From NCBI GenBank assembly GCA_044892525.1, contig CM097886.1, forward strand, positions 134,664,001 through 134,728,000: a DNA stretch of 64,000 bases. The letters run 5' to 3'. The DNA is from Schmidtea polychroa (lineage: Eukaryota). The notes beneath the pieces are model-generated. The model saw nothing but the letters and a program-made list of their open reading frames with translations. It made no database searches and was not told the origin of the DNA. A program made the position numbers and the translations under genes. Of the stretch, positions 39,401-53,760 are shown one piece after another; position 1 is the stretch's first letter, and each line of letters starts with the position of its first letter.

Positions 39401-42400
39401 ATCACTCACCACTTAAATGTCATCAAGTGAGTCATCAGTTTTCAAACTTCCAAACTAAACATCTGCAATCAAATTATGGAGAAAAGATGCAATCTGATTC
39501 CTAGTGAGCAACCAATAGTTCTCTTTCAAATCAATCGTGATCTGGATGTGATCCTCAGTAATAGTTATGATCAATAGATAAAGACATCAATTTAATAGGA
39601 AACCGTTGGCTAAAACTTTCTAATTATGTCATTCTGAGAGTTCGCAAGGTGCTCTCGTCCATCGCTTCATGTTATAGAGGGATGGTGTAGGGTCTTCGAT
39701 ATTTTTTGTGATAGTTTTATACCACAAGTTAAATATTTTTTAAATAAACAGTAAACTATCAACTTTACAAATTTAAGTCATAAAATTATTGGAATCGATT
39801 TTGAGATATTGATAAACCACCTTTTTTTAAATATATTTTTTTCAAAAACTTCATGGAAATTTTATTTTCGATTGTTGATAAATATATTTTCATTACAGCA
39901 TCACTTTTTATTGATTTTGCTCAAAAATAGTTCAATTCTCAATTAGATACGAATATGGTAACTTAAACAATTATGTTGGATTTGTGAATTTGAATTCTAT
40001 TTCATTTATAAAAAATCATTGATGATTGTGAAACATCTGAATAGACTTGACATCACTTTCTTTAGTCAAACATTTTTGATTAATGTTTTATTTAATTCAT
40101 CAGTAATTTTATTCATTGGATGATTGATTTTAAGCTAAAAACTGATTGCATATTTAAATAATGATGATTAGTTGATTTGTCCTAGTATTTATACTTGAAA
40201 ATTTATGTGTGGAACGAATCAAATTCATACAAATAAATTGTAATTGACATGTGTTGAACATGAATTACGTGCATGACCTTGGCTTAAACTCTGTGTGTGT
40301 ATAAATTCTATGCACGTCACCTATATGAATCATGCTTTCCAACTGTATTTCATCTGTCGTACATATCATTTGTATATTTTTTTATATTAGTCAATAAAAC
40401 AAAATAATCAAATAATTGACAAAATATTTATTAATTATCTATAATGGATGAGAAATGAAGCTTTATTAATTTATTTGTAAGAACCCAAACAATATGGCTA
40501 TTCGCGTGATCTGTGCATCTTATACATTTTTATGAATGTGGACTGTAATTGTATACTATCGGCAGTAGCGACCTAGACTCTGAATTGGATTATTTTATTA
40601 AATTTTTCAGAACACCAGGATACAGTTTACTTTTATCAATTTAAATTTGACTTAGCTTTTCTGATCTTGTTAATTAATCTGTTCTAATTAACAATATGTT
40701 AAATAAAAAATAATTTAAAAATAAGAATTAGCAATCAAATTTTCATTATGCTATCTTTCAATTTTGTAATTATATTTTCAACCATTCTTCATCAAGAATA
40801 TTTTGATAATATTTCTTTTTTATGTTAATTAATACTTTGGTTTTTTATGCATTGTCAAGCAATTGGATATTTTGATATTTTATCTTCAATTTGAGTTTTA
40901 ACAATTGAAAGCCATTATTAACCCATTATTGATCATTACACGGTTTGATAAAAACTGACTTTTGAATGATATTTCTTGTATCGGTAAAGAATATAATTAA
41001 TGTCGATCTAAATAAACAGTTTATGGCAATGAGTTAAAATCAATAAATCTTAATGAACAGACTACAAGCTGATGTATGGCAAGAGACAACTTCAGCAGTT
41101 GCTTCTAGTATGTTAGTATATGTATTATCCTTACACAGACTACGCTTCATTTATAAAAAAATTGGAATTTTAAAATCTTATCAATATGCAATTTCGTTAA
41201 CTTAAAAACAATACAACATAAGAACTTATCATATGACTGATATATATGGTTATGTGAATTATTAAATTTTCAGTATCCATGACTCACGGAATCACCAATT
41301 TTATTTTGCTCACTGGGTTCTGACTTAATTCCCCTGATTGAGGACTTTATTTCAATGTTAAAAATTCAGTGCCAAATAGTAAATTGTTTACAAATTGGGC
41401 ATTTTAATAAATATTTTAAAAAAATGGCTGTGAGTAACTTTGAATCAACTATTTATCATTTGAGATCAATAAAATTTCACATTTGGTATTGTATTCTTAG
41501 TTCCTTTGATAATTTTAATTGCAGAATAATCTGCTTTGGATTTAAACATAAATTTTTAATATTATGCTCACATAAAAACCTACAATATTGTTAAATTACA
41601 AGTTTGTAATGATACCTTCACAAAGTTTAATTTGAAAAGATTTTTCTTTTGTCAATTTTATTGGAATATAGTTTACCATTTGAAATTGCATCGAATATCA
41701 CACCACACTTTATTTTTATTTATAGTTAATATTTATATTTTTCGTTAAAATTAGAATTCATCGTATAATGTCGTGGGGGAGCTACCCGCACAGCAAGCTA
41801 ATAATCGGAAAGATAGATGAATTATAAATGCAACATAGTATAAAATTTTATTCCATTTAACAGCTTCGATAATAAAATTTGCATAGTTATTTGCATGTCA
41901 ATTTTCACGAATATTATTTATTAAAAAATACCAATTTATAATCGACCATTTATTTTCTTGAGGTTATTAAATATCATATATTCAAAAGTTTATTCAATCG
42001 TTATATATAATACATTTATCATCATATAAGATAATAACATAAATGAAATAGTGTAGTAACGATTTTGGTGCCCCCCTTTGTACAGCCCTGCACAACCCTA
42101 TCGATTTTAATCCTGATTTTTCTGTATAGATGTAAGTATTAAAACTGCTGAAGCAACGTGATTGAGAATTATAATTAATGGTTGTAAGATAATGATATCA
42201 AAACTTGTGTAAGTTCTGAAAGAAATTCAAAACGAACCCATAATTTTTATGAATTATATTTCACTTGTAATAATTTTATTTAAAAATCATCTACTTAATA
42301 CTTATAAATACATTTATTTCATTCTTAACCCTTTATTACACATCGTATCTTGTATATTTAAGACATTGAACCGTTAAAATCTATATTACTATATTTCTAT

Positions 42401-43019
42401 GTAAACATTCAAAATTTCTCACTCAAACCAATTTGATGAAGCACAGCTAACTTCATTCTATTTTGAAATGTCATATATTGTAATCGTAGTTTTAGTATTC
42501 AAAGAAATTTATGTTTTCTGATTTTTAATAAAATAGTTTTTAAGGGTTAAATCCGCGGATATATGGATGCTCCTTTTATGTAAAACTTGTTGATAAATCT
42601 TGTCGACACATGTTTGATAGAAAGAATTCAATCAGTATTTAAATTTTGAAATATATTTGACAATTTTAAAGGAAGCGTAGGAAAATGGGGTTCGATTGTA
42701 AACCAAGATTAATAATTAAAGATTTACTAGCTAAAACTAAGAATTATAAATTGTATTTTTCTTCAATTTCTTAAATCAATCCTTTGACCGGAAAAATTTC
42801 TGGATTGTGCATGATGAAGGATGAATTTTCTGAAATTCTATTTAGAAAATTAAAAACTAAATAAATATTATCTATACTGTAATATTTTCGACTAAACATT
42901 TTGATTTCATTTTTTATACCAATTACTTTAATTTAAGCAAAAATTTTAAATTAATTAAACGTTGGTTGCATCTATTTCTAAATTGTGCGAAAAAATTAAA
43001 TAATCCAAATGTCCATTTT

Positions 43020-43517
43020 TCATGAATCTTGTGTTACTCCAACTTGTATAATTCCTTTTTTGAGTTTCAATATTTGGAAATAGGCTTCTCTAAAGTTACT
43101 GTTAAAAACACCATATATAATCGGATTAAATGCAGAAGCTGAAACACAAAGCCAATACATTCCTTTTTCAGGAAAATCTGTCATGAGCCCCGCATGCGTA
43201 AGATAGACATGCAGTGTATATGGACCCCAACATATAAAAAATACTATAAAAGACACAAACAAGGATAATATTGCTTTCGCTTCTCTTTTAAAACGAATTA
43301 AAACCGAATTTTCGAAAGTATTCGTTGATTTGGTTTTGCTTATATTTGATGCTTTTCTAGCCCTGATGAGAATCGTTATACATAATCCTATGTAGCAACT
43401 AAGTGCTATGATTGCTGGTACTCCGATGCTTAATGCTGTGAGTATGGCACTCATTGTTATATTAACATCTTCATCAGAATATATACACATGTACGCAGTT
43501 TCTTCATATTTGAATCC
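43020..43517 (-). CDS. terminal coding exon (ECL2, TM5-TM7, tail) of a class A GPCR, melatonin-receptor-like
   Basis: Phase-0 acceptor TTTAG|GGA at 43517; GFKYEETAYMC; TM5 P..Y; EAK..FFICWGP; NPIIYGVFNSNFREAY; no disabling mutations; upstream exons not identified. Confidence 0.88.
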   Translation of the reverse strand, partial: GFKYEETAYMCIYSDEDVNITMSAILTALSIGVPAIIALSCYIGLCITILIRARKASNISKTKSTNTFENSVLIRFKREAKAILSLFVSFIVFFICWGPYTLHVYLTHAGLMTDFPEKGMYWLCVSASAFNPIIYGVFNSNFREAYFQILKLKKGIIQVGVTQDS

Positions 43518-45714
43518 CTAAATTATATAAAATCAAATCTTTAAATTATATTTTAGTATAATTTTTTATTTAAAATTAATTTGTCACTAAAATCCTTTAT
43601 CCTTTTTAACATTGATATATTAGTAATACCAATTTCCATTATCTTCATTTTAGACCATTGATTAATATTTTTATTTAACACGAATTTTCGATACATCCTT
43701 TTTAGCACTTGAAAATATAGTTTTTAATTAAAATATAGTTTATAAATCTGTTTGTATCAATGCCAGCTTTTTCGGAAATAAAATTTCGTTGCCATACTGT
43801 TCACGCTTTTAAAATTCATCTGTTGCTCGTAAAAGTAAAACTTTTTGAATGAATTTTTTTTGTATGAATGAATTTTTTTTTGAATGTAGAATTTTGCTAG
43901 ATTCTAATTTCATCTTTACTAACATAAATTTTTATCGCCGAAAATTTATATAACTAATTATAACTGTTATGAATTGGTTATCCTCCCTGCCAAATTTTAT
44001 TAATTTTTAGTGATTTTAATATTTCTATTTTTTTATTCAAAATTAATTTGGTAAGTACTCTGACAACTTACTATAGAGAATTAAAATATAAAAAGTTGAT
44101 AAATTTAAATAAAATTCACAACAGATTAAAATTTTCTCGTGAATATTAAAAAATTAATTCAAAATTTACCGACCTAGCCAAGTGACAGAAGTTATTGGTA
44201 AAAAACATTTTAAGGCAGTAATAATTTCGGTGCCTTTATTTGGTATCTAACTATTGCACCCTGTTGTTAGTTTAGAGGATTACAATAAATTTTATTTCGT
44301 TTACAATATTATTCAAACAACCATTCAAAATTCACAGGAAATAGCTGTTGCGTTGGCATTTTGTACATATAATCAAAAACATTCTCTCAATCAAGAAACA
44401 AAGCTATAAATTCAATTAATTATTTATCATTTCGCTCTGAAAACTATATCCTTGATTAAATTTAAATACCTAAATTAAAAGAAGACAGAAAATACAAAGT
44501 GTGTTTTACTTTTTTTTTATATTAATAAAAGTTGTTAGTAATATTTATAATTGTAATTTTATTATTGTTTTTTAAACTATAATTTCCTAGTATCGCATAC
44601 CTAACTACATATACATCAATTATTCTCACATTAGTTATTAAGTGATCCTTTTGGGCCCTACAGCTTCTCCCACAACATATTGCAAAGCCAAGATAGTAAT
44701 TATTAATAATACACAACATCCTGAAACAATACCCATAAAAATAACTAATTCATGCAAGAAAAACTTACAATTTGAATTGACAATATCCACTTTAAAGAAA
44801 CAAAAATAAAATAATTCCGGAAGACTCAAATTAAATTTTGAGAATCTTGCGCACACATCACCCCAACCAGCCGAAACCTCAGCAACGCGCACAAAGACAC
44901 GCAACAACTAACAGAACCAAAAAATATGTGTTCATTAATTCGCACATGTTTTATTAACAGTTTGGGATTGGTTAGTTGATATGTAGGTTTAGAATGACAC
45001 AAAATTTAGACTATTTGTTTTAAGAGTTCAACAACTTATGAGCAATAAATGTGTTGATTTTCTTTTTATTGTTGATAAACTTAAAAAAAATTATTGACTT
45101 TAAAATTTGTTAATTTGAAATCGTAATTGGGTTCTAGAAAATGTAAAATCTCCATAGTGTCCTGATAGTATAACTACCGTGCATTGTATCTGAATCTTAT
45201 TTCCCGGGACTAATGATAACTAAATCTCTAACTTACCAGTTAGTACCACAGGGGAAAAATTATGATTTATTTAACTTTAATTAAGACTAGATTACTACTT
45301 CACAGACTAATTTAAATATTGTAAAATATTCATTTTAATTTTTAATGTTCTTGATTTGTTCTATTTAAATGACATGTTTCAAAAATACCTTTCGGGTGTT
45401 TTTTCATATTACAAAATGTTTGTCTTATTTATAAATTTTAATATTTAAAGAAACTTTTGAAATTATATTGTTGTATTACTCGTTGTAGTACTCAGATTTC
45501 CTCCAAGCATTGAAGTGACCGCTTCAGATAATAGTGGTTCTTACAAAATGTCTACACTTTTCAATTGGAATTAAATTTTTTTTATCTCAAATTTTTTATC
45601 ATTGCTCATCTTAAATGATATAAACATGTTTTATTTTAGCATTTCCCAAATAACATTTGATTAAGTAAAAAAAAATTTTAAATTTGCAAATTAATCAAAA
45701 CCTTTATACCTATT

Positions 45715-48700
45715 CTGCCCTCCTTATCAAATAGACCGTAACTGCAAAAATACACTTAGGAGATAAATAACAAAACGTGTTTTCAATTCTGCCAACCAGT
45801 TAACCTAAACCAATCATCCATTTATATTTGTTTGCATCTAGGCCTAGTGATGCAGTTTAAAATGCAGTTAGCAAATTCTGACTTAATTGGCTTAATTGGT
45901 TAATATTGCAGATACGGTCTATTAGCTAATAATGGTATAGCATACTGGCTATGGATTTACTTAGTAATAAAGCAGTAACTGACAATGAATCACACATTTA
46001 CACTAAAAATCATTTAATAACAAAACAGAAATACAGAATACACAGAAATACTGCTTGTATAGTTTCAAAACATTATCAAACAAAAGCATAAAAGCTTAAG
46101 AAACAGGTAAGAAAGTTCCTGCAAGGTCTGCAATAATTGGCGCTGATGACTATTTATAACTAAGTAATGATTGCACGGAATAATACTGTTAACGAAAAAA
46201 TACCCAAGTATTATTACCCAAGAATGACTGACTTCAAATCAAGAGTCCTGACGATTGCTACATAACTTTGCCTAAAGTACAATACTGACATACCGTTCTC
46301 ATAAAATATTACATGAAGTTAAAATGCAACAATGTACAGCACAAAACAAAACGAAAACGTGGTTCACAGTCTGCACAGCATTCTTGCCTAGCGATAACAG
46401 ACAACGTTCAAGTAATAAAAAGGCGATAACTGGCATCAACACCCAAATTGAATAGTTGACAATAAACAGCGTCAACTGACAATGTTGAAATGCTAAAAGT
46501 GATTTATAGCTAACGACAAGGGTAAAATAAACCAGCTGACAATAAACAATAACAGAACTGCATGCAGTTACCACAAAAATGAAATCCACTGACAAAAGCA
46601 AACTATAATAATATAACACAGAAAAATGCATGCAGGAAACAATGTCATTCAGCAACTACCAAGTCGGGAACATTTGCGACAGGTAAATCCTGCCAAAACT
46701 TCAGTCGAGTGTTGACCATCAAACCACCAAGTTTGTTGAGTATGTCATCCTTTTTAGCCTGAGGGACACCCCTGGCTTGCGATCTACATGGAGGCTTGGT
46801 AACACCACCTTTCAAGCATGCAGCTGTCAAGAAATTCAGCTGTTTATCCTCATCATTAAATGCCGTTTTATAGGCAAGACTCCTGCTGCCGCGAGTTGCA
46901 GTCACCATTACCATATCACTCAGGTAAGGTCTCGGAGTGGTACGGTTAATTTTATAAGTAGATGATGCATCTGGCCAGTCAAAGAAATTAGAAATTTGCA
47001 TTTCCTTCACAGAAGTTTTACTATTTGCGTCCTGAACGCAACAGACAAAGTCGTTAAAATCATACACTTTTCCAGCCTTTTTCATGCTCTGCTCAACCTG
47101 GTGATGAAAGTTATCGGCGCTCATAAACGTGTGGCCTGGTTCAAAAAATTTTAGCTCAATTCTGTGAGCAGAAATTTCCGCACTGTTAACAAGATAGACA
47201 AGGTAAGAGAATAAAGTCCAGTTTTTGTTCTGGCTGGCACAGTTGTCCAACCACAATGTAATTTCTTCAGCATCTCGCTGCGTCAAAAAGAATGCATGAA
47301 ACGCACTTACTAGATCTTCCTTTTTACGGCCTGCGACAGCCTCGTGACACAACACAGCAACTGACTTAGCAACTGGTTTGTCACCGAGTGGAACAAAACT
47401 TTCATTGAACGCAATTATACGCCGAGTGAAAAGTACAGTTTTAAATGATTCCATGCGTGGCAGCATAATGACCTTTTGTAAGTCAGCCGAAAAAAATACA
47501 TGTTTTGAGTCATCAGTCGTTGGTGTAGTACGGTCAGCTCTATATGCCTGCCTACTGTCATCAGCCCTCTTGATGTGAGTTTTCCACTTTGTACACATTT
47601 CACAACTTAAATCCAAATTATCTTTGGTGTGGTTATTAGAATGAATGTTGAAACTTTCACAAACTTCACACTCTTCATGGCCTAGTTTGGCAAACGAAAT
47701 ATCCATACTTTTAACTTCACTGCGATAAACCTCGTATGAACAATGTATGCCAGGATTTTTCTGCAGGAAATCCCGGTGCATACAACCAACAGTTATGTCA
47801 GAGGGCAAGTATCGTTTGTTAGGTGCATGCTCACGACGATAATGTGAAACACATGGACCAAAGGATTCAACATGGGCACGTATTGCAATGCGGTCAAATT
47901 TCTTATGAAGGTCAGAACCTCAGCCATCTCGCTTCGAGACAGCAGAGCCTGGACTGAGTGAATGCAATGCTTTCTGCACAACCGAGTCATTGTTCCTAGC
48001 AAAACCCAGAGTGGTAAGATAGAACAGTTTGCAAACTGAAACCTCTTCACCCTTATCGTTACGCATGAAGTAATGAAACGTATTAGAACGTTTTGATTCA
48101 CCTAGTGTCGTTTTGCGATCAACAGAATGGTGCTTGACGCCAGAACAAATAAATAAACGTCTTTCAAACCAGGTTAAGCTCCAAAAATCTGCATTCAGCT
48201 TTATGCGCTGAGCCTCATCAATTTTCGAGCAACATTTACGCTTGCAATTATTAGAGCATGGCACACGAATGGCGTGGGTTTCTACCATGTTCTCATGTTG
48301 TGCTTTCTTGCGCGATTTCGGAGACATCGTGTGACGTTTTCTCTTGCTCAGTCCGGTTTTTGGTAGAGGTTGAGCATGACCAGGAACACAAGATCCGGTT
48401 ATTGGAGACATTCTGGTAACAGTATCAGTATTGTCAAAAATGGGTGCTTCGGCAGATTCTGGATTAACTGCAGCATCACCAGCCTCGGGAGTTTCAACGT
48501 TCATCAAATCTGACACTGCTATGTCGCAGTAGAAATCATACGATGCAGTGTCATCTGTCAATCAATCAAAAAAATCAACAAATAAATTAGTTTGTCTTTA
48601 AGTAGGATATTAATTTATAATCACAGCAGTAAAATGCGCTAAAGATGATTATGCAGCGACTGTGATCTAACAGTACCAGTAAATTGTAAGCAATAAAACA

Positions 48701-49785
48701 CTACGATGAAGTATTTAATACCTGCTGATGCCGGCACTTCGCAGTGGACTGCTGAGTGGATATCGCAAGATGGAGTGTCAACTGTGTCAGGTAGTTGAGT
48801 TTGTGACGTTGACGGTGCTGCCAAATTACGAACGTCGAAGTCGTCCGGTGTTTCAGCGCCTTCATGATTTTCCTGACGTTCAATGGTTGCCATGACCCAT
48901 GTTGGAGTTTGTGACGTTGACGGTGCTGCCAAATTACGAACCATGGCAAATTTTCGTGATTCTTTGCTCATTGCACAAGAGTCAAAGTTCAACCATCGGC
49001 GTACCTTGCTAGTAGAAGTTTCATTTTCTATGTTAGCCAAAATGTCTCTTGTGTTTTTTCTTCGTTTAGCATTCGATGTGGTGTCTTGTGGTCCAGCATT
49101 CTCTTTCATTTTTTTCAAGGCTAATTCAAGAATTATTGCTCCTCGCTTCATTTTCACTCTACAATATAACAATTATAGTTATTACGAATCTTCCATGCTA
49201 CAACACAGGCGACCAGCATATTAATGTACAAGGTTTGGTACCAGATATTGCTGAATTAATATCTTAGAATAGGTCAATCCGACAGGAAATAACGCACAGG
49301 CCAAAGTTCCGGTACGGCTACGCCGTGTCCGTATTTCTTTTACGGTTTCTGTAACGTACGTCACTATATCGATAGGCCTAATGAAATGTTCATCAACAGT
49401 GCATATAGGCCTACTTCAAACCAGCAAGTGGGAAAAATGAGGATTACACAATAAAATGTTTACCTATGAATATTCGTAAAGTTTATTATATACACAAAAC
49501 CAAAGAGGAAATGCAATTCTGCGCATGCGCGTAAGCCACCGTATCTGCAGCCACAATTTCCAATACCAACCAATCGAACCGTAACTGCTGTACGGTTTTA
49601 TTGCTAAGCATACCACCGCCATTTGCAGATACGGTCGATGTAAGTAATCAAATTTCTAAGGCCTCGGACTAGATACGGTCTTATCGCTAAGCAGAATGAA
49701 GGTTAATTGCAACTGCATACAGTTGACGCCTCTAACTCGATTTTTGTAGTTTTGTCAGTTACGGTCTATTTGATAAGGAGGGCAG
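45715..49785 (-). mobile_element. Sola1 DNA transposon, full length
   Basis: Perfect 30-bp TIRs CTGCCCTCCTTATCAAATAGACCGTAACTG, perfect 4-bp TSD TATT, transposase inside. Confidence 0.88.
46645..49151 (-). pseudogene. Sola1 transposase, two exons, single premature stop
   Basis: Exon 1 49151-48722, GT-AG phase-1 intron 48721-48555, exon 2 48554-46645; one TGA at 47920-47922 (KRDG*GS); motifs SHYRR, ADLQKV..P, LDNCASQNKN, GHTFMSADNFHHQVE. Confidence 0.82.
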
Positions 49786-50204
49786 TATTAGCTTTAATAT
49801 AATGTCTACTAATATTTATTTTTCAACTTAAACAAATCCCTCGGAGTATATTGATGATGTTTATTATAGTAATAGTTATACAGGATAGGGCAAAAGGATT
49901 GACACGTTTGAAATTTAAATAAAATCCAATTTAAATAAATAAAAAAGTTTTTATTTATTAAATGTACTTATGATGCCATTTTATTTTATATTGTTTGAAT
50001 AATAATAAAAAGTGTAAATAAGCAAAAAATTTCCGCTATTATTTCCAAAGGAATCTTCATGAGTTTCACAAATGCCCTTGCACGGCCCATATGTAACTGT
50101 ATGGTGTGCGATAGCAGAATTGATATTTTGGGTCCATACTTTTATGAAGATAATATAATAGTGACCGTAAATTCTGGACGATATTGTGCTGTAGGATTCT
50201 TTTC

Positions 50205-51387
50205 GGTAATACTTAAGTTTTGGGGGGGGCTGAATTCAATTTGCCAATTACAATTAATTGATAAATATATCAAATCAGTAATATTGACAGGAATTGTATT
50301 TTTAATAGTATTAAATAGTACATAAAACATTTAAAAGTACATTTAAACATAAAACACAATCCGGAATAATTTTAACTAAAGTACGACTTTAACACATCAA
50401 CAAATAAGGTAAATTGATCAAGCAAATGAACACTTCTAACACTTCGATTGTACATAAACGTACCGAGATATTCAAAAAGATGCTCCCTTTTTACTGGGCT
50501 GGGCAGAAAGGTTTTCAGAGACCTCCACGCACGTTCAATTGTTTGAGTATGAATAGACCGATCAACTGGATCAACAAAATAATATTTGTGATTTACTGTG
50601 AAATGGACATATCCAAGTTCGTTCAAATGCCAGTACCCACGCCACATATCCGTTATAATCCGTGTACCCGGGCGAATATTGTTGCGTATTATATCTTCTA
50701 AATTTTCACGGTTTCGACAAACAGTTGATTTCAAGAATACCTCGCCGGTTTCTCTGCAAATACCGCCTACTATCCACACCGACTGCATTGCTAATACCCG
50801 GCCAACATTATATTTCCTTTTTATTAGATGAGTTTCATCAATTTCAACAGTATATCCTTCACCGCCGATCAAATTCAATCTTTTGTCCATAATTTTAAGC
50901 GTTGCCGCTCTTCTGAAAATTTTGAACCATGAAATTGCGGTTGGTTCACTTATACGACACTGAATCGACGCGAATCCAACACGAAAATTATGGGTGAAGA
51001 AATATGATAGTTGAAGCAATTAGGCGATTGAAATGTGAATACCATCAAAAATGGAATTCAGGAAGATGCTTCGTGACTGACGACACGTTCTCCATCGGAA
51101 GCGTCCATCTACTCCGGGGCGAGTTTTCCCCTTTTCAAAATTCATATTTGCGCCACAAATGTAACATGGTCTCTGAGCAATACTCAGCAATCCAAGCTCT
51201 ATGGCTAATCCGAAAGCTTTTTCTGGAGAGGAGGTTTTTTCACCCAATTCGAAGATATTCATGGGTTTTTTTTTCTTTTTTCATGCTTTATTTCTTTTGG
51301 TTGTTAATGATTCTAGTCAATATATTTATCAATTAATTGTAATTGGCAAATTGAATTCAGCCCCCCTCCCAAAACTTAAGTATTACC
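50205..51387 (-). mobile_element. Merlin DNA transposon, full length
   Basis: About 65-bp TIRs beginning GGTAATACTTAAGTTTTGGG, perfect 8-bp TSD TTCTTTTC. Confidence 0.93.
50372..51262 (-). pseudogene. Merlin (ISXO2/IS1595-like DDE) transposase with one in-frame stop
   Basis: ORFs 51020-51262 and 50372-51019 are in the same frame, separated by TAA; VEIDET, IITDMWRGY, VNHKYYFVDP, HTQTIERAW. Confidence 0.92.
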
Positions 51388-52899
51388 TTCTTTTCTGCAG
51401 CCAAAATTGGATGAACTTTACGTCAAAAATAATGTTTGGTTCCAACAACATGGTGCAAAAGCCCACACATCTAGACGTTCAATGGAAATTTTGAGGAAAA
51501 TGTTCTCCGGTCATTTAATTTCATTGCGAGGTGACCTAGGCTGGCTGGCCCGATCATCTGACTTACCTAAAATTAAAGGTATACATTTGTCGCCAGGATA
51601 TAAAGAACAATTGAAAGATGCAAATCCTCGAGTAATTACACATGAAATGATCCTCCGAGTTATGGACAACTTTCACGGATGTCTTCAAATGAGTGTGGAC
51701 AATAACGACGAACATTTGACTTATGTTATTTGTAAGCTTAAATGAAATAAAATGACATCACATGTACATTTTGGAAATAAAAATACTTTTTTTTATTATT
51801 CAAACAACATAAAATAAAATGGCATAGTTGATAAATAAAAATACTATTTTATTTATTTATTTTAATTTAGTTTTATTTAAATTTCAAATGTGTCAGATCT
51901 TTTTACCCCATCCTGTATAATAAAATACTCCATTTGAAGTAATCGTACTATTTTATTTCTTTTCTCAGAACTTTAAAAAAATTATATTAAATGTTAACTC
52001 AAATTCAAAATGGTACAATCTTCTGAAATAATATCAAAACTGCTTCCTTTTACCAAAAAAAATTCGCCTATCAAGTAACCAAACCATAGTTTAGAACTAT
52101 TTCAGTCATATATGAAAAGTCAACATTGAATTTTAAAATGTTTCACTAGTTATTTTGATGTATATATCGTTTTATACTGGGGTTCCGTTCCGAGAGACAC
52201 GAGCGTAAAAAAATCGGCGTTAAATGAACACAAATATAATGGACGATATAAGGTTATGTTCCTTGTCAAAATTCTAAGAACAATCTAACATGTTTATTTA
52301 ATATATATCCTATATATATTCAAAATAAATTATAAATATATTTAATAAATACACTCAATCGAATCCCATGCTTACTTAACCCAGGCAACGATGACCGTTA
52401 TATCAGGGTTCATAACATGTCTTTTTTGTTAGAGAAGCCGATCCTGAACTCATCCATTCAATCCATTTTTTACGTAGGTGGTCCTTGAATGATTTGTTAA
52501 TACAGACGTCGAAAGGCTATAAGACAACAGAAAGACCTGCTGGAATTACTGCTATATCCATACCCAGATCGATATATTTAAATTGAAAATGAAAAAAGAT
52601 TTTTAATGGGTATTAAATAAATGATCTCCTAAATAAATTAAATGATAATTGAAATTACTAAGTAGTACGTTAATTAATTGTAAATGATTACTATTTTGGT
52701 CCCCATAATTAATGAGTTTTTCTCAATAATAAATTAAGTTGTCTCCATAAAATGGTTATTGAAGTAAGTTCAAATAATTAAATTATCAAATTATTTAAGC
52801 TTAAAATAGAATAAAATAAAAAATAAATGCAAGTGCTTAATATGAACAAGTGGCGAATTACCAATCATTCGACGATAACATAGAAACAGTAACCAAAAC

Positions 52900-53760
52900 A
52901 AGACGAACTAAGAATTGGCTATTTGAAGTGATATTTGAAACAAATGAAATAACAATCGTATGTCTAACAGCAAATAAGATCTGATCCTATCTCAAAGATT
53001 TTAATATGGATTCGAGACGGAAAGAAGAGGAACACAGTGTTGTTTGTAAATTTATATGCAATATAATGGTGAAGATTTCTCCATAACAAGATTCGAAGCA
53101 TCTGATGCATACAATCATGATTGTAAAACTGTCTTAAGTTTGCATTAATAAAGCTACCAAAGAATCAATCCAAAATCAACTCAAACTTGGTGCTAAATAT
53201 CTTAAGACAAAATTTGAAAACCTTGCGGTTGAGATAGTAAACAATCAGGTTATAGTTATATCAATCGATGATTATAATGCACTGCAAGCTCTGTATGTAC
53301 TATACAAACCGATGGTACATATAATTGTTTTAATTCAGTATCACCTAATGAATCAACTAAAACTAAACAAGGTATGTGTCGGTTTCACATGCGTAAAGCT
53401 GTATAAAATATTTTTCAATATTAAATGACAGTAAATTACAAACCGAAATTCTTTCAGATATTGATGTTACACAACTCTCTGCAGCTGATTAATTTTTTGA
53501 TATTGCTGATAATTTATTTGATGAAAAATAGAAAGTGCATTAGGCTATTTTAATCAAGAATGGATCAATTAATGGATTAAAAAAGAGAATACATATCTTC
53601 CCAACTTTATAGTGATGACAACGAATCTAATTATTGGCGAGACTAACACAGCACCAATTGAACAGAAACAAAGTCGCGGTTGTCCAAAAAAAACAAGAAA
53701 GGCATTTTGTCATCAAACAGAGCCAATTAGAACTACAATAGAGATTGAGTCAATTCAGCA
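52900..53760 (+). mobile_element. MULE-like transposase relic
   Basis: C-terminal PIEQKQSRGCPKKTRKAFCHQ resembles the PxxxKRKRGRPxKAxxAL tail; the rest is heavily decayed. Confidence 0.4.

Larger units (their letters stand above)
49881..51915 (+). mobile_element. internally deleted Tc1/mariner element carrying a nested Merlin
   Basis: About 45-bp TIRs CAGGATAGGGCAAAAGG.. / ..TACCCCATCCTG, TA TSDs; VTVWC..GPYFYE..TVNSGRY before the insertion and WFQQHGAKAH..W.ARSSDL after it. Confidence 0.85.

Noticed and set aside
44522-44907. Cys-rich/hydrophobic short ORFs as upstream GPCR exons
   Set aside because: No TM1-TM4 signature (no DRY/NRY, no TM4 Trp); may be exons of another gene or noise.
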